From Phyllobates terribilis (Eukaryota): DNA of 64,000 bases. Shown piece by piece: positions 39,450 to 54,760 of this stretch. The stretch covers positions 190,340,001 through 190,404,000 of the forward strand of contig NW_027362770.1 of the NCBI RefSeq assembly GCF_046119375.1, given 5' to 3'. Position 1 is the first letter of the stretch, and each line of letters starts with the position of its first letter. The position numbers and the translations under genes are program-made. The notes beneath the pieces are model-generated. The model was not told the origin of the DNA. It saw nothing but the letters and a program-made list of their open reading frames with translations, and searched no databases.

Positions 39450-42400
39450 CATGTTTAAATTTGGCGCGAAAATCTGTGATTGGTCGCGGGCGGCGTCCGC
39501 GACCAATCAGAGAAGCGGGTTTTAAATCTCGCGCGCCGTGTTACTAAGCAGCGGACAGTGTGTTTGAATTCAGCGTTAAAATCTCTGATTGGTCGCGTCA
39601 GGAGGGCGCGACAAATCAGCGTATCGTATTGGTGAGGACCGGGGAGTGGCTGCCTGTGCGGCTACTTCCGCTCCGAGAAGCCGGAACATGAGCGACTGCT
39701 CGCAGCAGAAGTATCCGGACCCGCAGAGCCGCTCCCCGGTGCTCTCTTGACACCCTAGCAGCATGGATGTCAGCGCCGCTCCCCGGTCCTCCCTTCACAC
39801 CCTAGCCGCATGGATGTCCTCACAGTATCCGCATGGTGTTACAAAGGTCCGGACATTTGTGATAAAAACCGCTGATTGGTCGCAGGCGCAGGCCGCGACC
39901 AATCACCGATCTTGGCGCCACATTTAAACACCGCTGTGCTGATTGGTCGCCGACGCTGGGTGCGACCAATCACCGATTTGGGCGCAACATTTAAATATCG
40001 GCCGCGACCAATCAAGGATCTTGGCTCCACATTTAAACACCGCTGTGCTGATTGGTCGCGGACGCTATTTAAATGTGGCGCCAAAATCGGTGATTGGTCG
40101 CGCCCAGCGTCGGCGACCAATCAGCACAGCGGTGTTTAAATGTGTAGCCAAGATCGGTGATTGGTCGCGGGCGATATTTAAATGTGGCGCCCAAATCGGT
40201 GATTGGTCGCGGGCAGCGTCCGCGACCAATCAGCGAACCGTGTTAGTGAGGAATGGAGAGCGTGTTTAAATTTGGCACCAATCAGCAGAGCGACCAATCA
40301 GCAGAGCGATGCAGAGCGGGGTTTAAATTTGGCGCCAAAATCGCTGATTGGTCGCCGGCCACGACCAATCAGCAGAGCGGTGTTTAAATTTGGCGCCAAA
40401 ATCGCTGATTAGTCGCAGCTGACGGCCACGACCAATCAGTAGAGCGGTGTTTAAATTTAGCGCCAAAATCGCTGATTAGTCGCGGCTGACGGCCGCGACC
40501 AATCAGCAGAGCGTTGTTTCAATTTTGCGCCAATACTGCTGATTGATCGCGGCCAGCGACCGCGATCAATCAGTAGAGCGTTGTTTAAATTTGGCGCCAA
40601 TCTCGCTGATTGGACGCGTCTGGCGTCCGCGACCAATCAGCAGAGCGTTGTTTAAATTTGGCGCCAAGCTCGCTGATTGGTCGCGGCTGGCGTCCGCGAC
40701 CAATTAGCACAGCAGTGTTTAAAGGTGGTGACAAGATCGGTGATTGGTCGCGGCCGCTATTTAAATGTGGCGCCCAAATCGGTATTTGGTCGCGGGCAGC
40801 GCGACCAATCAGCGAATCGTATTGGTGAGGAGCGGGGAGCGGAATCGTATTAGTAAGGACCGGGGAGCGCCGCTGCCTGTGCGGCTACTTCCGCTGCGAG
40901 AACCCGGGACATGAGTGGGCGCTCGCAGCAGAAGTATCCCGACCCGCAGCGCCGCTCCCTGGTCCTCCCTTGACACCCTAGCCGCTGATGTCCCCACAGT
41001 ATCCGCATGGTGTTACAAAGGTCCGGACATTTGTGTTAAAAATCGCTGATTGGTCGCTGGCGCTGCCCGCGACCAATCACCAATTTGGGCGCCAAATTTA
41101 ATTATCGGACGCGACCAATCACCGATCTTGGCTCCAGATTTAAACACCGCTGTGCTGATTGGTCGCGGCCGATATTTAAATTTGGGGCCCAAATCGGTGA
41201 TTGGTCGTGGGCAGCGCCAGCGACCAATCAGCGATTTTTAACACAAATGTCCAGATCTTTGTAACACCATGCAGATACTGTGGGGACATCAGCGGCTAGG
41301 GTGTGAAGGGAGGACCGGGGAGCGGCGCTGCGGGTCGGGATACTTCTGCTGCGAGCAGTCGCTCATCTCCAGGCTTCTCGCAGTGGAAGTATCCGCACAG
41401 ACAAAGGCGCTCCCCGCTCCTCACCTATATGATTCGCTGATTGGTCGCGTGCGGAGAGCGCGACCAATCAGTGATCTTGGCGCTAAAGTTAAATACCGCT
41501 CTGCTGATTGGTCGCGGCCGCTGCCCGCGACCAATCACCGATTTGGGCGTCACATTTAAATAGCGGCCGCGACCAATCAGTACAGCGGTGTTTAAATGTG
41601 GAGCCAAGATCGGTGATTGGTCGCGGCCGATATTTAAATTTGGCGCCCAAATCGGTGATTGGTCGCGGGCACCGCCAGCGACCAATCAGTGATTTTTAAC
41701 ACAAATGTCCGGATCTTTGTAACACCATGCTGATACTGTGGGGACATCAGCGGCTAGGGTGTGAAGGGAGGACCGGGGAGCGGCGCTGCTGGTCCGGATA
41801 CTTCTGCAGCGAGCGCCCGCTCCTGTCCCGGGTTCTCGCAGCGGAACTATCCGCACAGGCAGCGCCGCTGACATCCATGCGGCTAGGGCGTGAAGGGAGG
41901 ACCGGGGAGCGGCGCTGACATCCAATTGGTCGCGGCCTCTATTTAAATGTGCCGCACAAATCGGTGATTGGTCGCGGTCATGGCCCGCGACCAATCACTG
42001 ATCTTGTGGCTAAAGATAACCACTACTGTGCTGATTGGTCGCGGCCGATATTTAAATTTGGCGCCCAAATCGGTGATTGGTCGCGGGCAGCGTCCGCGAC
42101 CAATCAGCACAGCGGTATTTAACTTTTGCGCTAAGATCAGTGATTGGTCGGGTCCGAAGACCGCGACCAATCATCGAATCGTCTTGGTGAGGACCGGGGA
42201 GCGGCAATGCCGGTGCGGCTACTTCCGCTGCGAGAACCCGGGACATGAGCGGGCGCTCGCAGCAGAAGTATCCCGACCCGCAGCGCCGCTCCCCGGTCCT
42301 CCCTTCCGCATGGATGTCAGCGACGCCGGCGGTCCTTCCGCTGCTACCGGCCCGGACATGAGCGCCTCGCGCCGCTCATCTTCCGGCTGCAACACCGCTG

Positions 42401-42490
42401 AGCTCCGTCCCGCAGATGAGCCGCTAACGGCCGCCATCTTTTTTCTGAATTCCCGCGGCGCTGATTGGCCACTGCCGGACCAATGAGCGA
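39450..42490. repeat. Complex palindromic tandem repeats in the Helitron 5' region
   Basis: Dozens of TGATTGGTCGCG...CGCGACCAATCA inverted pairs alternating with TTTAAATTTGGCGCC, plus a repeated GGACCGGGGAGCG module. Confidence 0.92.
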
Positions 42491-42727
42491 CGCGGGATTT
42501 CCTGGACAGACAGACAGAAGGGATAAGACAATTATATAGTAGATATTAGATATGGTCAGGAGTGGGACCATGTGGATCTGTACTGGGAGCAGATGTGGGC
42601 GGAGCACTATAATGTTAGCAATTTTCTGTTTCTCCCACTTTTTCCTGTCATTATCCCATTTTTATCATGAGAAGGTTAGTCCCACCCTGCTGTATAACTC
42701 CATATAGTGCTATATACCCTCCATATC

Positions 42728-42965
42728 TCACTGGCTAGCACTGCAGCCTTGCATCCCTGGGGTCCAGGGTTCAAAGCCCACCAATGACACAAACTCCTTG
42801 CAGATGTTATGTTCTCACCTTGTTTGCGTGGGTTTCCTCTGTGTTCTCCTGTTTCCTCCCACACTCCAAAGACATATTGATAGGGGCTCACAATCTAGAT
42901 TCCCCATCGGGACCATGATTATAATGTCTGTAAGGTGCTGTGGAATTGTATAAGGGGTATAAATC
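42728..42965 (+). mobile_element. V-SINE-like tRNA-derived SINE
   Basis: B-box-like GGGTTCAAAGCCC; V-domain-like TTGCGTGGGTTTCCTC...TTTCCTCCCACACTCCAAAGAC; L2-like tail. Confidence 0.7.
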
Positions 42966-45550
42966 TCCTGCTATATACCCCATATAGTGTTATATATACC
43001 CCATATACTGCTGTATACCTCCATATAGTGTTATATATACCCCATATATTGCTGTATATACCCCATATAGTGTTATATATACTCCATATACTGCTGTATA
43101 TACCCCATATAGTGTTATATATACTCCATATACTGCTGTATATACCCCATATAGTGTTATATATACTCCATATAGTATTGTATATACCCCATATACTGCT
43201 GTATACCCCATATAGTGTTATATTTACTCCATATACTGCTGTATATACCCCATATAGTGTTATATATACCCCATATACCGCTATATATACCCCATATACT
43301 GCTGTATATACCCCATATAGTGTTATATATACTCCATATACTGCTGTATATACCTCCATATAGTGTTATATATCCCCCATATACTGCTGTATATACCCCA
43401 TATAGTGTTATATATACCCCATATACTGCTGTATATACCCCATATAGTGTTATATATACCCCATATACTGCTGTATACCTCCATATAGTGTTATATATAC
43501 TCCATATACTGCTGTATACCTCCATATAGCGTTGTATATACCCCATATACTGCTGCATACCCCATATAGTGTTATATATACCCCATATACTGCTGTATAT
43601 ACCCCATATAGTGTTATATATACTCCATATACTGCTGTATATACCCCATATAGTGTTAGATATACTCCATTACTGCTGAATATACCCCATATAGTGTTAT
43701 ATATACCCCATATACTGCTGTATATCTCCATATAGTGTTATATATACTCCATATACTGCTGTATACCCCATATAGTGTTATATATACGCCATATACTGCT
43801 GTATACTCCATATAGTGTTATATATACCCCATATACTGCTGTATACCTCCATATAGTGTTATATATACTCCATATACTGCTGTATATACCCCATATAGTG
43901 TTATATATACCCCATATACTGCTGTATATCTCCATATAGTGTTATATATACTCCATATACTGCTGTATATACCCCATATAGTGTTATATATACTCCATAT
44001 ACTGCTGTATACCTCCATATAATGTTATATATACTCCATATACTGCTGTATACCTCCATATAGTGTAGTATATACCCCATATACTGCTGTATACCCCATA
44101 TCGTGTTATATATACCCCATATACTGCTGTATATACCCCATATAGTGTTATATATACTCCATATACTGCTGTATACTCCATATAGTGTTATATATACCCC
44201 ATATACTGCTGTATATACCCCATATAGTGTTATATATACTCCATATACTGCTGTGTACCTCCATATAGTGTTATATATCCCCCATATACTGCTGTATATA
44301 CCCAATATAGTGTTATATATACCCCATATAGTGTTATATATACCCCATATACTGCTGTATATACCCCATATACTGCTGTATACCCCCATATAGTGTTATA
44401 TATACCCCATATACTGCTGTATATACCCCATATAGTGTTCTATATACTCCATATACTGCTGTATATACCCCATATAGTGTTATATATACTCCATATACTG
44501 CTGTATACCTCCATATAGTGTTATATATACTCCATATACTGCTGTATACCTCCATATAGTGTTATATATCCCCCATATACTGCTGTATATATCCAATATA
44601 GTGTTATATATACCCCATATAGTGTTATATATACCCCATATACTGCTGTATATACCCCATATAGTGTTATATATACCCCATATACTGCTGTATATACCCC
44701 ATATAGTGTTATATATACCCCATATACTGCTGTATACCCCCATATAGTGTTGTATATACCCCATATACTGCTGTATACCTCCATATAGTGTTATATATAC
44801 TCCATATACTGCTGTATACCCCCATATAGTGTTATATATACCCCATATAGTGTTATATATACTCCATATACTGCTGTATACCCCCATATAGTGTTGTATA
44901 TACCCCATATACTGCTGTATACCTCCATATAGTGTTATATATACCCCATATACTGCTGTATATACCCCATATAGTGTTCTATATACTCCATATACTGCTG
45001 TATATACCCCATATAGTGTTATATATACTCCATATACTGCTGTATACCTCCATATAGTGTTATATATACTCCATATACTGCTGTATACCCCCATATAGTG
45101 TTATATATACCCCATATAGTGTTATATATACCCCATATACTGCTGTATATACCCCATATAGTGTTATATATACCCCATATACTGCTGTATATACCCCATA
45201 TAGTGTTATATATACCCCATATACTGCTGTATACCTCCATATAGTGTTATATATACTCCATATACTGCTGTATACCCCATATAGTGTTATATATACTCCA
45301 TATACTGTTGTATATACCCCATATAGTGTTATATATACTCCATATACTGCTGTATACCTCCATATAGTGTTATATATACTCCATATACTGCTGTATACCC
45401 CCATATAGTGTTATATATACCCCATATAGTGTTATATATACCCCATATACTGCAGTATATACCCCATATAGTGTTATATATACCCCATATACTGCTGTAT
45501 ACCTCCATATAGTGTTATATATACTCCATATACTGCAGTATACCTCCATA
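42966..45550 (-). repeat. AT-rich ~19-21-bp/40-bp satellite, inverted relative of the main satellite
   Basis: Alternating CCCCATATAGTGTTATATATA and CCCCATATACTGCTGTATA units. The reverse complement TATACAGCAGTATATGG matches TATACAGCGCTATATGG of the 40-mer. Confidence 0.95.
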
Positions 45551-45589
45551 CAGCTTTTCCCTCTGTACATCAGGTGATCCATCTGTCGG

Positions 45590-45880
45590 GTTGAGAGCAG
45601 TGTGGCCCAGAATGATCTGTTTGGACTAATCTCCAATATCTTTATTAATGACCATGTGGATGGAAGGAGGAAGGTTTCATTCTACAGACAAGGACTTGTG
45701 TGTTCTGGTTGCAGGGACTCAGACACTGACTACTCAGGCAAAACAATCCTGTGCCTCCAGTGTATTTGTATCCTGACCAGTTATTTATAGAGGGGTAACA
45801 TCTAACATATGGGGTCCAGTTTGGGGCTCCACATTTTAGAAAATATTAGGACATTAAAGGCAGCAACTAGATTCCATTAA
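45590..45880 (+). mobile_element. Highly degenerate CR1 LINE RT relic
   Basis: Remnants NIFIND, KDLCVL and VQFGAPHFRK, in the order expected for CR1 RT. Confidence 0.5.
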
Positions 45881-46308
45881 CCTGGGCTGGAGGCCTCATG
45901 TCCACTCACCTCCTCCTTACTGACCCCATTCTCTTTGAGCACTGGGTCCTAGTGCCCTCTGCCTCCAGTGTTCTCTGCTGGTAGAAGGAGCAGATGGGCT
46001 GTTAACTCTTTCAGTGCTCAGCTGTGTTTTCAGCAGTTGCTCCATGCTCTGATCACAGCTCTCTGCTCTTCCTTGGTTACACACTCTTTGCTCCCCAAAC
46101 CTGTGGAGGCACCTGATCGATGAGCTCCCAAAAAGTGATCTATTTCTAGGTCTGAATCTCATTGTCATTAATGAAGTTAATGGGGTTTATGGCACCACAT
46201 GAAGGAACACAGTAGTATATTCAGTGTATATGGGAGTAGATGGCTCTATATGGAGGTTAAACATCAGTATTGTGGGGTGAAACGGACGGTATATAACACT
46301 ATATAAGG

Positions 46309-48530
46309 GTATACAGCGCTATATGGAGGGTAATAGCGTCATGTGACCGTATACAGCGCTATATGGAGGGTAATAACATCATGTGGCCGTATACAGCGCT
46401 ATATGGAGGGTAATAACATCATGTGGCCGTATACAGCGCTATATGGAGGGTAATAACATCGTGTGGCCGTATACAGCGCTATATGGAGGGTAATAACATC
46501 GTGTGGCCGTATACAGCACTATATGGAGGGTAATAACATCATGTGGCCGTATACAGCGCTATATGGAGGGTAATAACATCGTGTGGCCGTATACAGCGCT
46601 ATATGGAGGGTAATAACATCATGTGGCCGTATACAGCGCTATATGGAGGGTAATAACATCATGTGGCCGTATACAGCGCTATATGGAGAGTAATAACATC
46701 ATGTGGCCGTATACAGCGCTATATGGAGGGTAATAACATCGTGTGGCCGTATACAGCGCTATATGGAGGGTAATAACATCATGTGGCCGTATACAGCGCT
46801 ATATGGAGGGTAATAACATCATGTGGCCGTATACAGCGCTATATGGAGAGTAATAACATCATGTGGCCGTATACAGCGCTATATGGAGGGTAATAACATC
46901 ATGTGGCCGTATACAGCGCTATATGGAGAGTAATAACATCATGTGGCCGTATACAGCGCTATATGGAGGGTAATAACATCGTGTGGCCGTATACAGCGCT
47001 ATATGGAGGGTAATAACATCATGTGGCCGTATACAGCGCTATATGGAGGGTAATAACATCGTGTGGCCGTATACAGCGCTATATGGAGGGTAATAACATC
47101 ATGTGGCCGTATACAGCGCTATATGGAGGGTAATAACATCGTGTGGCCGTATACAGCGCTATATGGAGGGTAATAACATCATGTGGCCGTATACAGCGCT
47201 ATATGGAGGGTAATAACATCGTGTGGCCGTATACAGCGCTATATGGAGGGTAATAACATCATGTGGCCGTATACAGCGCTATATGGAGAGTAATAACATC
47301 ATGTGGCCGTATACAGCGCTATATGGAGGGTAATAACATCATGTGGCCGTATACAGCGCTATATGGAGGGTAATAATATCATGTGGCCGTATACAGCGCT
47401 ATATGGAGGGTAATAACATCATGTGGCCGTATACAGCGCTATATGGAGGGTAATAACATCATGTGGCTGTATACAGCGCTATATGGAGGGTAATAACATC
47501 ATGTGGCCGTATACAGCGCTATATGGAGAGTAATAACATCATGTGGCCGTATACAGCGCTATATGGAGGGTGATAACATCGTGTGGCCGTATACAGCGCT
47601 ATATGGAGAGTAATAACATCATGTGGCCGTATACAGCGCTATATGGAGAGTAATAACATCATGTGGCCGTATACAGCGCTATATGGAGGGTAATAACATC
47701 ATGTGGCCGTATACAGCGCTATATGGAGAGTAATAACATCATGTGGCCGTATACAGCGCTATATGGAGGGTAATAACATCGTGTGGCCGTATACAGCGCT
47801 ATATGGAGGGTAATAACATCATGTGGCCGTATACAGCGCTATATGGAGGGTAATAACATCATGTGGCCGTATACAGCGCTATATGGAGAGTAATAACATC
47901 ATGTGGCCGTATACAGCGCTATATGGAGGGTAATAACATCATGTGGCCGTATACAGCGCTATATGGAGGGTAATAACATCGTGTGGCCGTATACAGCGCT
48001 ATATGGAGGGTAATAACATCATGTGGCCGTATACAGCGCTATATGGAGGGTAATAACATCATGTGGCCGTATACAGCGCTATATGGAGGGTAATAACATC
48101 ATGTGGCCGTATACAGCGCTATATGGAGGGTAATAACATCATGTGGCCGTATACAGCGCTATATGGAGAGTAATAACATCATGTGGCCGTATACAGCGCT
48201 ATATGGAGGGTAATAACATCATGTGGCCGTATACAGCGCTATATGGAGGGTAATAACATCGTGTGGCCGTATACAGCGCTATATGGAGGGTAATAACATC
48301 ATGTGGCCGTATACAGCGCTATATGGAGGGTAATAACATCATGTGGCCGTATACAGCGCTATATGGAGGGTAATAACATCATGTGGCCGTATACAGAGCT
48401 ATATGGAGGGTAATAACATCATGTGGCCGTATACAGCGCTATATGGAGGGTAATAACATCATGTGGCCGTATACAGCGCTATATGGAGGGTAATAACATC
48501 GTGTGGCCGTATACAGCGCTATATGGAGGT
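46309..48530 (+). repeat. 40-bp satellite array 2 (~55 units)
   Basis: Same 40-mer; frequent GGAGAGTAAT variant. Confidence 0.99.
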
Positions 48531-48969
48531 GTTATATAGCGGTATATGGAGGGTAATGTCAGTACTTGGCCATAGACAGCATCATCTGGAGGAATACAGC
48601 GCTATACTGAGTGTATACAGTATTGTATCATAGTATATAGCCCCATATGGATTTATACTGTACTATAGTGACACTATGTCCAGCACACTATGGCAGTATA
48701 CCGCAGGCTGGGGCCATGTACAGAACATATGTGTGATCAGTGTCCGAGTTTCCCCTCTGCTTCCGTCAGCAGCGCCATTATAGCAGTGTACGGGGATATG
48801 GAAGCACAATGACATCGGAGGCCGCAACTGCAGAAGACTCTTGTAGACATGATGTGACCCTTTCATGCGTTAGCGCAGCCTGTAACCAGTGTGAACTGCG
48901 GACACCCAGCAGCACTTCATGGAGGAGAGAACCATGAGATTACTATGAGTTGTGCGGAGCTCACTTTGC

Positions 48970-49529
<560 letters not shown>

Positions 49530-50029
49530 ATCTGCCCTGGGCAGCAAAGACAACACAAAGGCTCTTCTCAGAGCCACCAAATCCTTCCACTAACGAGCCA
49601 ATTCCTAAACTCCAGATCCTTCTGCCGCCTGGCTCCAGTGTTCTGCTGGTAATAGGTGGAGATGGTCCATCAACTCCTTCAGTTATGTGAGATTCATTCC
49701 TGGAAATCGAGTGGTCTCATAGGCGGAAATGGTTAATGTGACAAATACAAATCGCAGGGATGTCATTGTCTTGTATTAGACATTTTTCAGGGGATGCAGC
49801 TGCCCAGGAACTTTTTACATCCAGAGCTCCCCACTCCGTGATGACCCGTAGCGGTCGCCTGTCCTGACACCACGTGCCACATGGATGAAGGGGTTACTGC
49901 CTAACTAATCTGGTGCTGACTGGGCGGAGCCATAGCCCTGCTTAGTGCTGATTGGCTGCCAATGAATATGGAGTTCCTGTTACAGATAGTTCCTCCCGCT
50001 CTTTGTTCTCAGTGTAACATGTGGCGCAG

Positions 50030-52885
50030 AGCGCTATATGGAGGGTAATAACATCATGTGGCCGTATACAGCGCTATATGGAGGGTAATAACATCATGTG
50101 GCCGTATACAGCGCTATATGGAGGGTAATAACATCATGTGGCCGTATACAGCGCTATATGGAGGGTAATAACATCATGTGGCCGTATACAGCGCTATATG
50201 GAGGGTAATAACATCATGTGGCCGTATACAGCGCTATATGGAGGGTAATAACATCATGTGGCCGTATACAGCGCTATATGGAGGGTAATAACATCATGTG
50301 GCCGTATACAGCACTATATGGAGGGTAATAACATCATGTGGCCGTATACAGCGCTATAAGGAGGGTAATAACATCATGTGGCCGTATACAGCGCTATATG
50401 GAGGGTAATAACATCATGTGGCCGTATACAGCGCTATATGGAGGGTAATAACATCATGTGGCCGTATACAGCGCTATATGGAGGGTAATAACATCATGTG
50501 GCCGTATACAGCGCTATAAGGAGGGTAATAACATCATGTGGCCGTATACAGCGCTATATGGAGGGTAATAACATCATGTGGCCGTATACAGCGCTATATG
50601 GAGGGTAATAACATCATGTGGCCGTATACAGCGCTATATGGAGGGTAATAACATCATGTGGCCGTATACAGCGCTATATGGAGGGTAATAACATCATGTG
50701 GCCGTATACAGCGCTATATGGAGGGTAATAACATCATGTGGCCGTATACAGCGCTATATGGAGGGTAATAACATCATGTGGCCGTATACAGCGCTATATG
50801 GAGGGTAATAACATCATGTGGCCGTATACAGCGCTATATGGAGGGTAATAACATCATGTGGCCGTATACAGCGCTATAAGGAGGGTAATAACATCATGTG
50901 GCCGTATACAGCGCTATATGGAGGGTAATAACATCATGTGGCCGTATACAGCGCTATATGGAGGGTAATAACATCATGTGGCCGTATACAGCGCTATAAG
51001 GAGGGTAATAACATCATGTGGCCGTATACAGCGCTATATGGAGGGTAATAACATCATGTGGCCGTATACAGCGCTATATGGAGGGTAATAACATCATGTG
51101 GCCGTATACAGCGCTATAAGGAGGGTAATAACATCATGTGGCCGTATACAGCGCTATATGGAGGGTAATAACATCATGTGGCCGTATACAGCGCTATAAG
51201 GAGGGTAATAACATCATGTGGCCGTATACAGCGCTATATGGAGAGTAATAACATCATGTGGCCGTATACAGCGCTATATGGAGGGTAATAACATCATGTG
51301 GCCGTATACAGCGCTATAAGGAGGGTAATAACATCATGTGGCCGTATACAGCGCTATATGGAGGGTAATAACATCATGTGGCCGTATACAGCGCTATATG
51401 GAGGGTAATAACATCATGTGGCCGTATACAGCGCTATAAGGAGGGTAATAACATCATGTGGCCGTATACAGCGCTATATGGAGGGTAATAACATCATGTG
51501 GCCGTATCCAGCGCTATATGGAGGGTAATAACATCATGTGGCCGTATACAGCGCTATATGGAGGGTAATAACATCATGTGGAGGTATACAGCGCTATATA
51601 GAGGGTAATATCATGTGGCCGTATACAGCGCTATATGGAGGGTAATAACATCATGTGGAGGTATACAGCGCTATATGGAGGGTAATAACATCATGTGGAG
51701 GTATACAGCGCTATATGGAGGGTAATAACATCATGTGGCCGTACACAGCGCTATATGGAGGGTAATAACATCATGTGGAGGTATACAGCGCTATATAGAG
51801 GGTAATATCATGTGGCCGTATACAGCGCTATATGGAGGGTAATAACATCATGTGGCCGTATACAGCGCTATATGGAGGGTAATAACATCATGTGGAGGTA
51901 TACAGCGCTATATGGAGGGTAATAACATCATGTGGCCGTACACAGCGCTATATGGAGGGTAATAACATCATGTGGCCGTATACAGCGCTATATGGAGGGT
52001 AATAACATCGTGTGGCCGTATACAGCGCTATAAGGAGGGTAATAACATCGTGTGGCCGTATACAGCGCTATATGGAGGGTAATAACATCGTGTGGCCGTA
52101 TACAGCGCTATATGGAGGGTAATAACATTGTGTGGCCGTATACAGGGCTATATGGAGGGTAATATCATCATGTGGCCGTATACAGCGCTATATGGAGGGT
52201 AATAACATCATGTGGCCGTATACAGCGCTATATGGAGGGTAATAACATCATGTGGCCGTATACAGCGCTATATGGAGGGTAATAATATCGTGTGGCCGTA
52301 TACAGCGGTATATGGAGGGTAATAACATCATGTGGCCGTATACAGCGCTATATGGAGGGTAATAACATCGTGTGGCCGTATACAGCGCTATATGGAGGGT
52401 AATAGCATCATGTGGCCGTATACAGCGCTATATGGAGGGTAATAACATCATGTGGCCGTATACAGCGCTATATGGAGGGTAATAACATCATGTGGCCGTA
52501 TACAGCGCTATATGGAGGCTAATAACATGTGGCCGTATACAGCGCTATATGGAGGGTAATAACATCATGTGGCCGTATACAGCGCTATATGGAGGCTAAT
52601 AACATGTGGCCGTATACAGCGCTATATGGAGGGTAATAACATCATGTGGCCGTATACAGCGCTATATGGAGGGTAATAACATCATGTGGCCGTATACAGC
52701 GCTATATGGAGGCTAATAACATGTGGCCGTATACAGCGCTATATGGAGGGTAATAACATCATGTGGCCGTATACAGCGCTATATGGAGGCTAATAACATG
52801 TGGCCGTATACAGTGCTATATGGAGGGTAATAACATCATGTGGCCGTATACAGTGCTACAGTATATGGAGGGTAATAACATCATG
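50030..52885 (+). repeat. 40-bp satellite array 3 (~71 units)
   Basis: Same 40-mer; diagnostic TATAAGGAG and GTGGAGGTA variants. Confidence 0.99.
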
Positions 52886-54760
52886 GAGTCTTTATGGCAT
52901 TATTTGGGCACAGACAGCATATTCTGGAGGAATACAGCACTATACTGATCCAGAGAAGAGGATATGGAGCGTTTTCAGTCAGGCGTGGAGGGTATATTCC
53001 AGGAGAACAGCAGTGTCTATATACCTAAATTGAAGTTTTTGTTTCCAACATATTTATATTGAAGTAAACATTACTGTTCTCCTGTCTCCTAAAGTTTTTT
53101 TTTCCTCATATATAAGGGTGTTACCGCCACTGTGCATTAATTCTCAAGATACCCCATAGATATTATCTGAAAAAGATTTGTCTGATATTGTGACAAGTAT
53201 TGACAGCCATATACAGCCGTAGCGCCCTCTAGAGGCATTTTTTTTTTTAATTGAAAATAAAGTTTTCATGCATTAATGCGAATATGACTTGAAATATACA
53301 TGACAAGGCTGTTATAAGGAGGTAAATAGCAGAATGTACATTCCAAGCATGGTTCCATCAAGTCAAAAGACAAACCAAAAACTAGCAGGGAGGGGAGGAA
53401 AGAGAATGCCTAAAAGAGGTACTTGTTTAATTTTTATTTTTTATGATCATATTTTGTGATCATTTTCCAATTTTTAAAATTGTTCGAATAAAGATTAATT
53501 ATTCTTGAATTTCTAGGTCTATGGATGTCTTCATTTTTTCAGGGGTTCCTTTTTGCACTGGAAAAGGTTTATATATTGTATTGAGAAGTGCCATATTTAT
53601 ATTTTTTTGGTGGACACGTTTATAACTATACTGAGTGTATAAGACATTATATCATGGTATACAACACCACAAGGGGGTTAACACTATAAGGAGGAACACT
53701 GTACTATATTGACAATAAGTACAGCAGTCTATGGTGATATATAGCACAATATGGCAGTATGCTGCATACTGAGGACATATACAAGACTATATCGAGTGTA
53801 TATAGCACTATATAGGGGTATCCGGCTCTATATTTTGTGAATACAGCACTGTTAGTATACCCATTAGTATATAGCACTGCATGGAGGGTTTTCTGAACTA
53901 TATGTATGTATATGGCGGTATACAGAAAGTATATAGCACAATATGGGGGTACACAGCACTATATGGGGGGTAAATGAAATATAGCAGTGGGATTAGGTTA
54001 CTTGGATTTATAGCTGAATAATGGAAGATAGTGTTTCCTGTGACCCCTGATGTGTACACTGTCCCCATACTCTGCACACCCCGGATATAACAATATATGG
54101 ATGGTTAATGCACTACATGGAATGAGTCCATACAGCACTAAATACAGATACACTGCACTATATAGGGGGAATACAGCTGTATATAGAACATATACAGCTC
54201 AAGAGTTACGATCACTAGAAAGTGTTACACGCCACTATATGGATCACAGAACTGTATGGCAGTATACAGCACTATATGGATGTTGGTATATAGTGCTATG
54301 CGGATGAGGAGTATGGAGCATAATGAGTGTTCACCGAACTATATGAGGAGTATATAGGGAGTATAAAGCTATGAGGGTTATGTGGAGAGTATACAGCTTT
54401 ACAAGTAAAGAATATTGCACTTTACCATAATAGTAATAACCATCTATAGCGCCAACATATTAGGTGTTCCGCACTCTGATTTTATTGGAAGTTATCAGAC
54501 TTTTCTTCACAATGAATTACATCAGGTCCATCAGTGAAAATATAACCAGGGATCATCAGGTTAGAAAGACGTAATGCCCCCCACCCACCCACCCACTTCA
54601 TCACATTCCTCTGATCGCAGCCTCACTCATAAAAGGTTTCATCAACTTTGAATAAAGAAATTTGATTTTCTCGAGAGCTATAACACTAATCTGTGAATCG
54701 CTCCTGTTTCTTATGGCCAATACATGGGTGGGCTGAATTGATCTCTTTCTACAACTATAT

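Larger units (their letters stand above)
32753..42543 (-). mobile_element. Helitron, near full-length (9.8 kb)
   Basis: 5' TC at 42543; 3' hairpin CCCGAT...ATCGGG followed by CTAG ending at 32753; inserted between host A and T; contains RepHel. The rejoined flanks read PRFIDYYKILD, resembling Gypsy integrase. Confidence 0.93.

Noticed and set aside
39030-42607. Short ORFs in the Helitron repeat region (also 60652-62336)
   Set aside because: Translations of palindromic non-coding repeats.
42919-45636. Many Tyr/Gly/Ile-rich ORFs (YTAVYGVYITLYG...)
   Set aside because: These are overlapping translations of an AT-rich satellite in several frames, with no gene structure.
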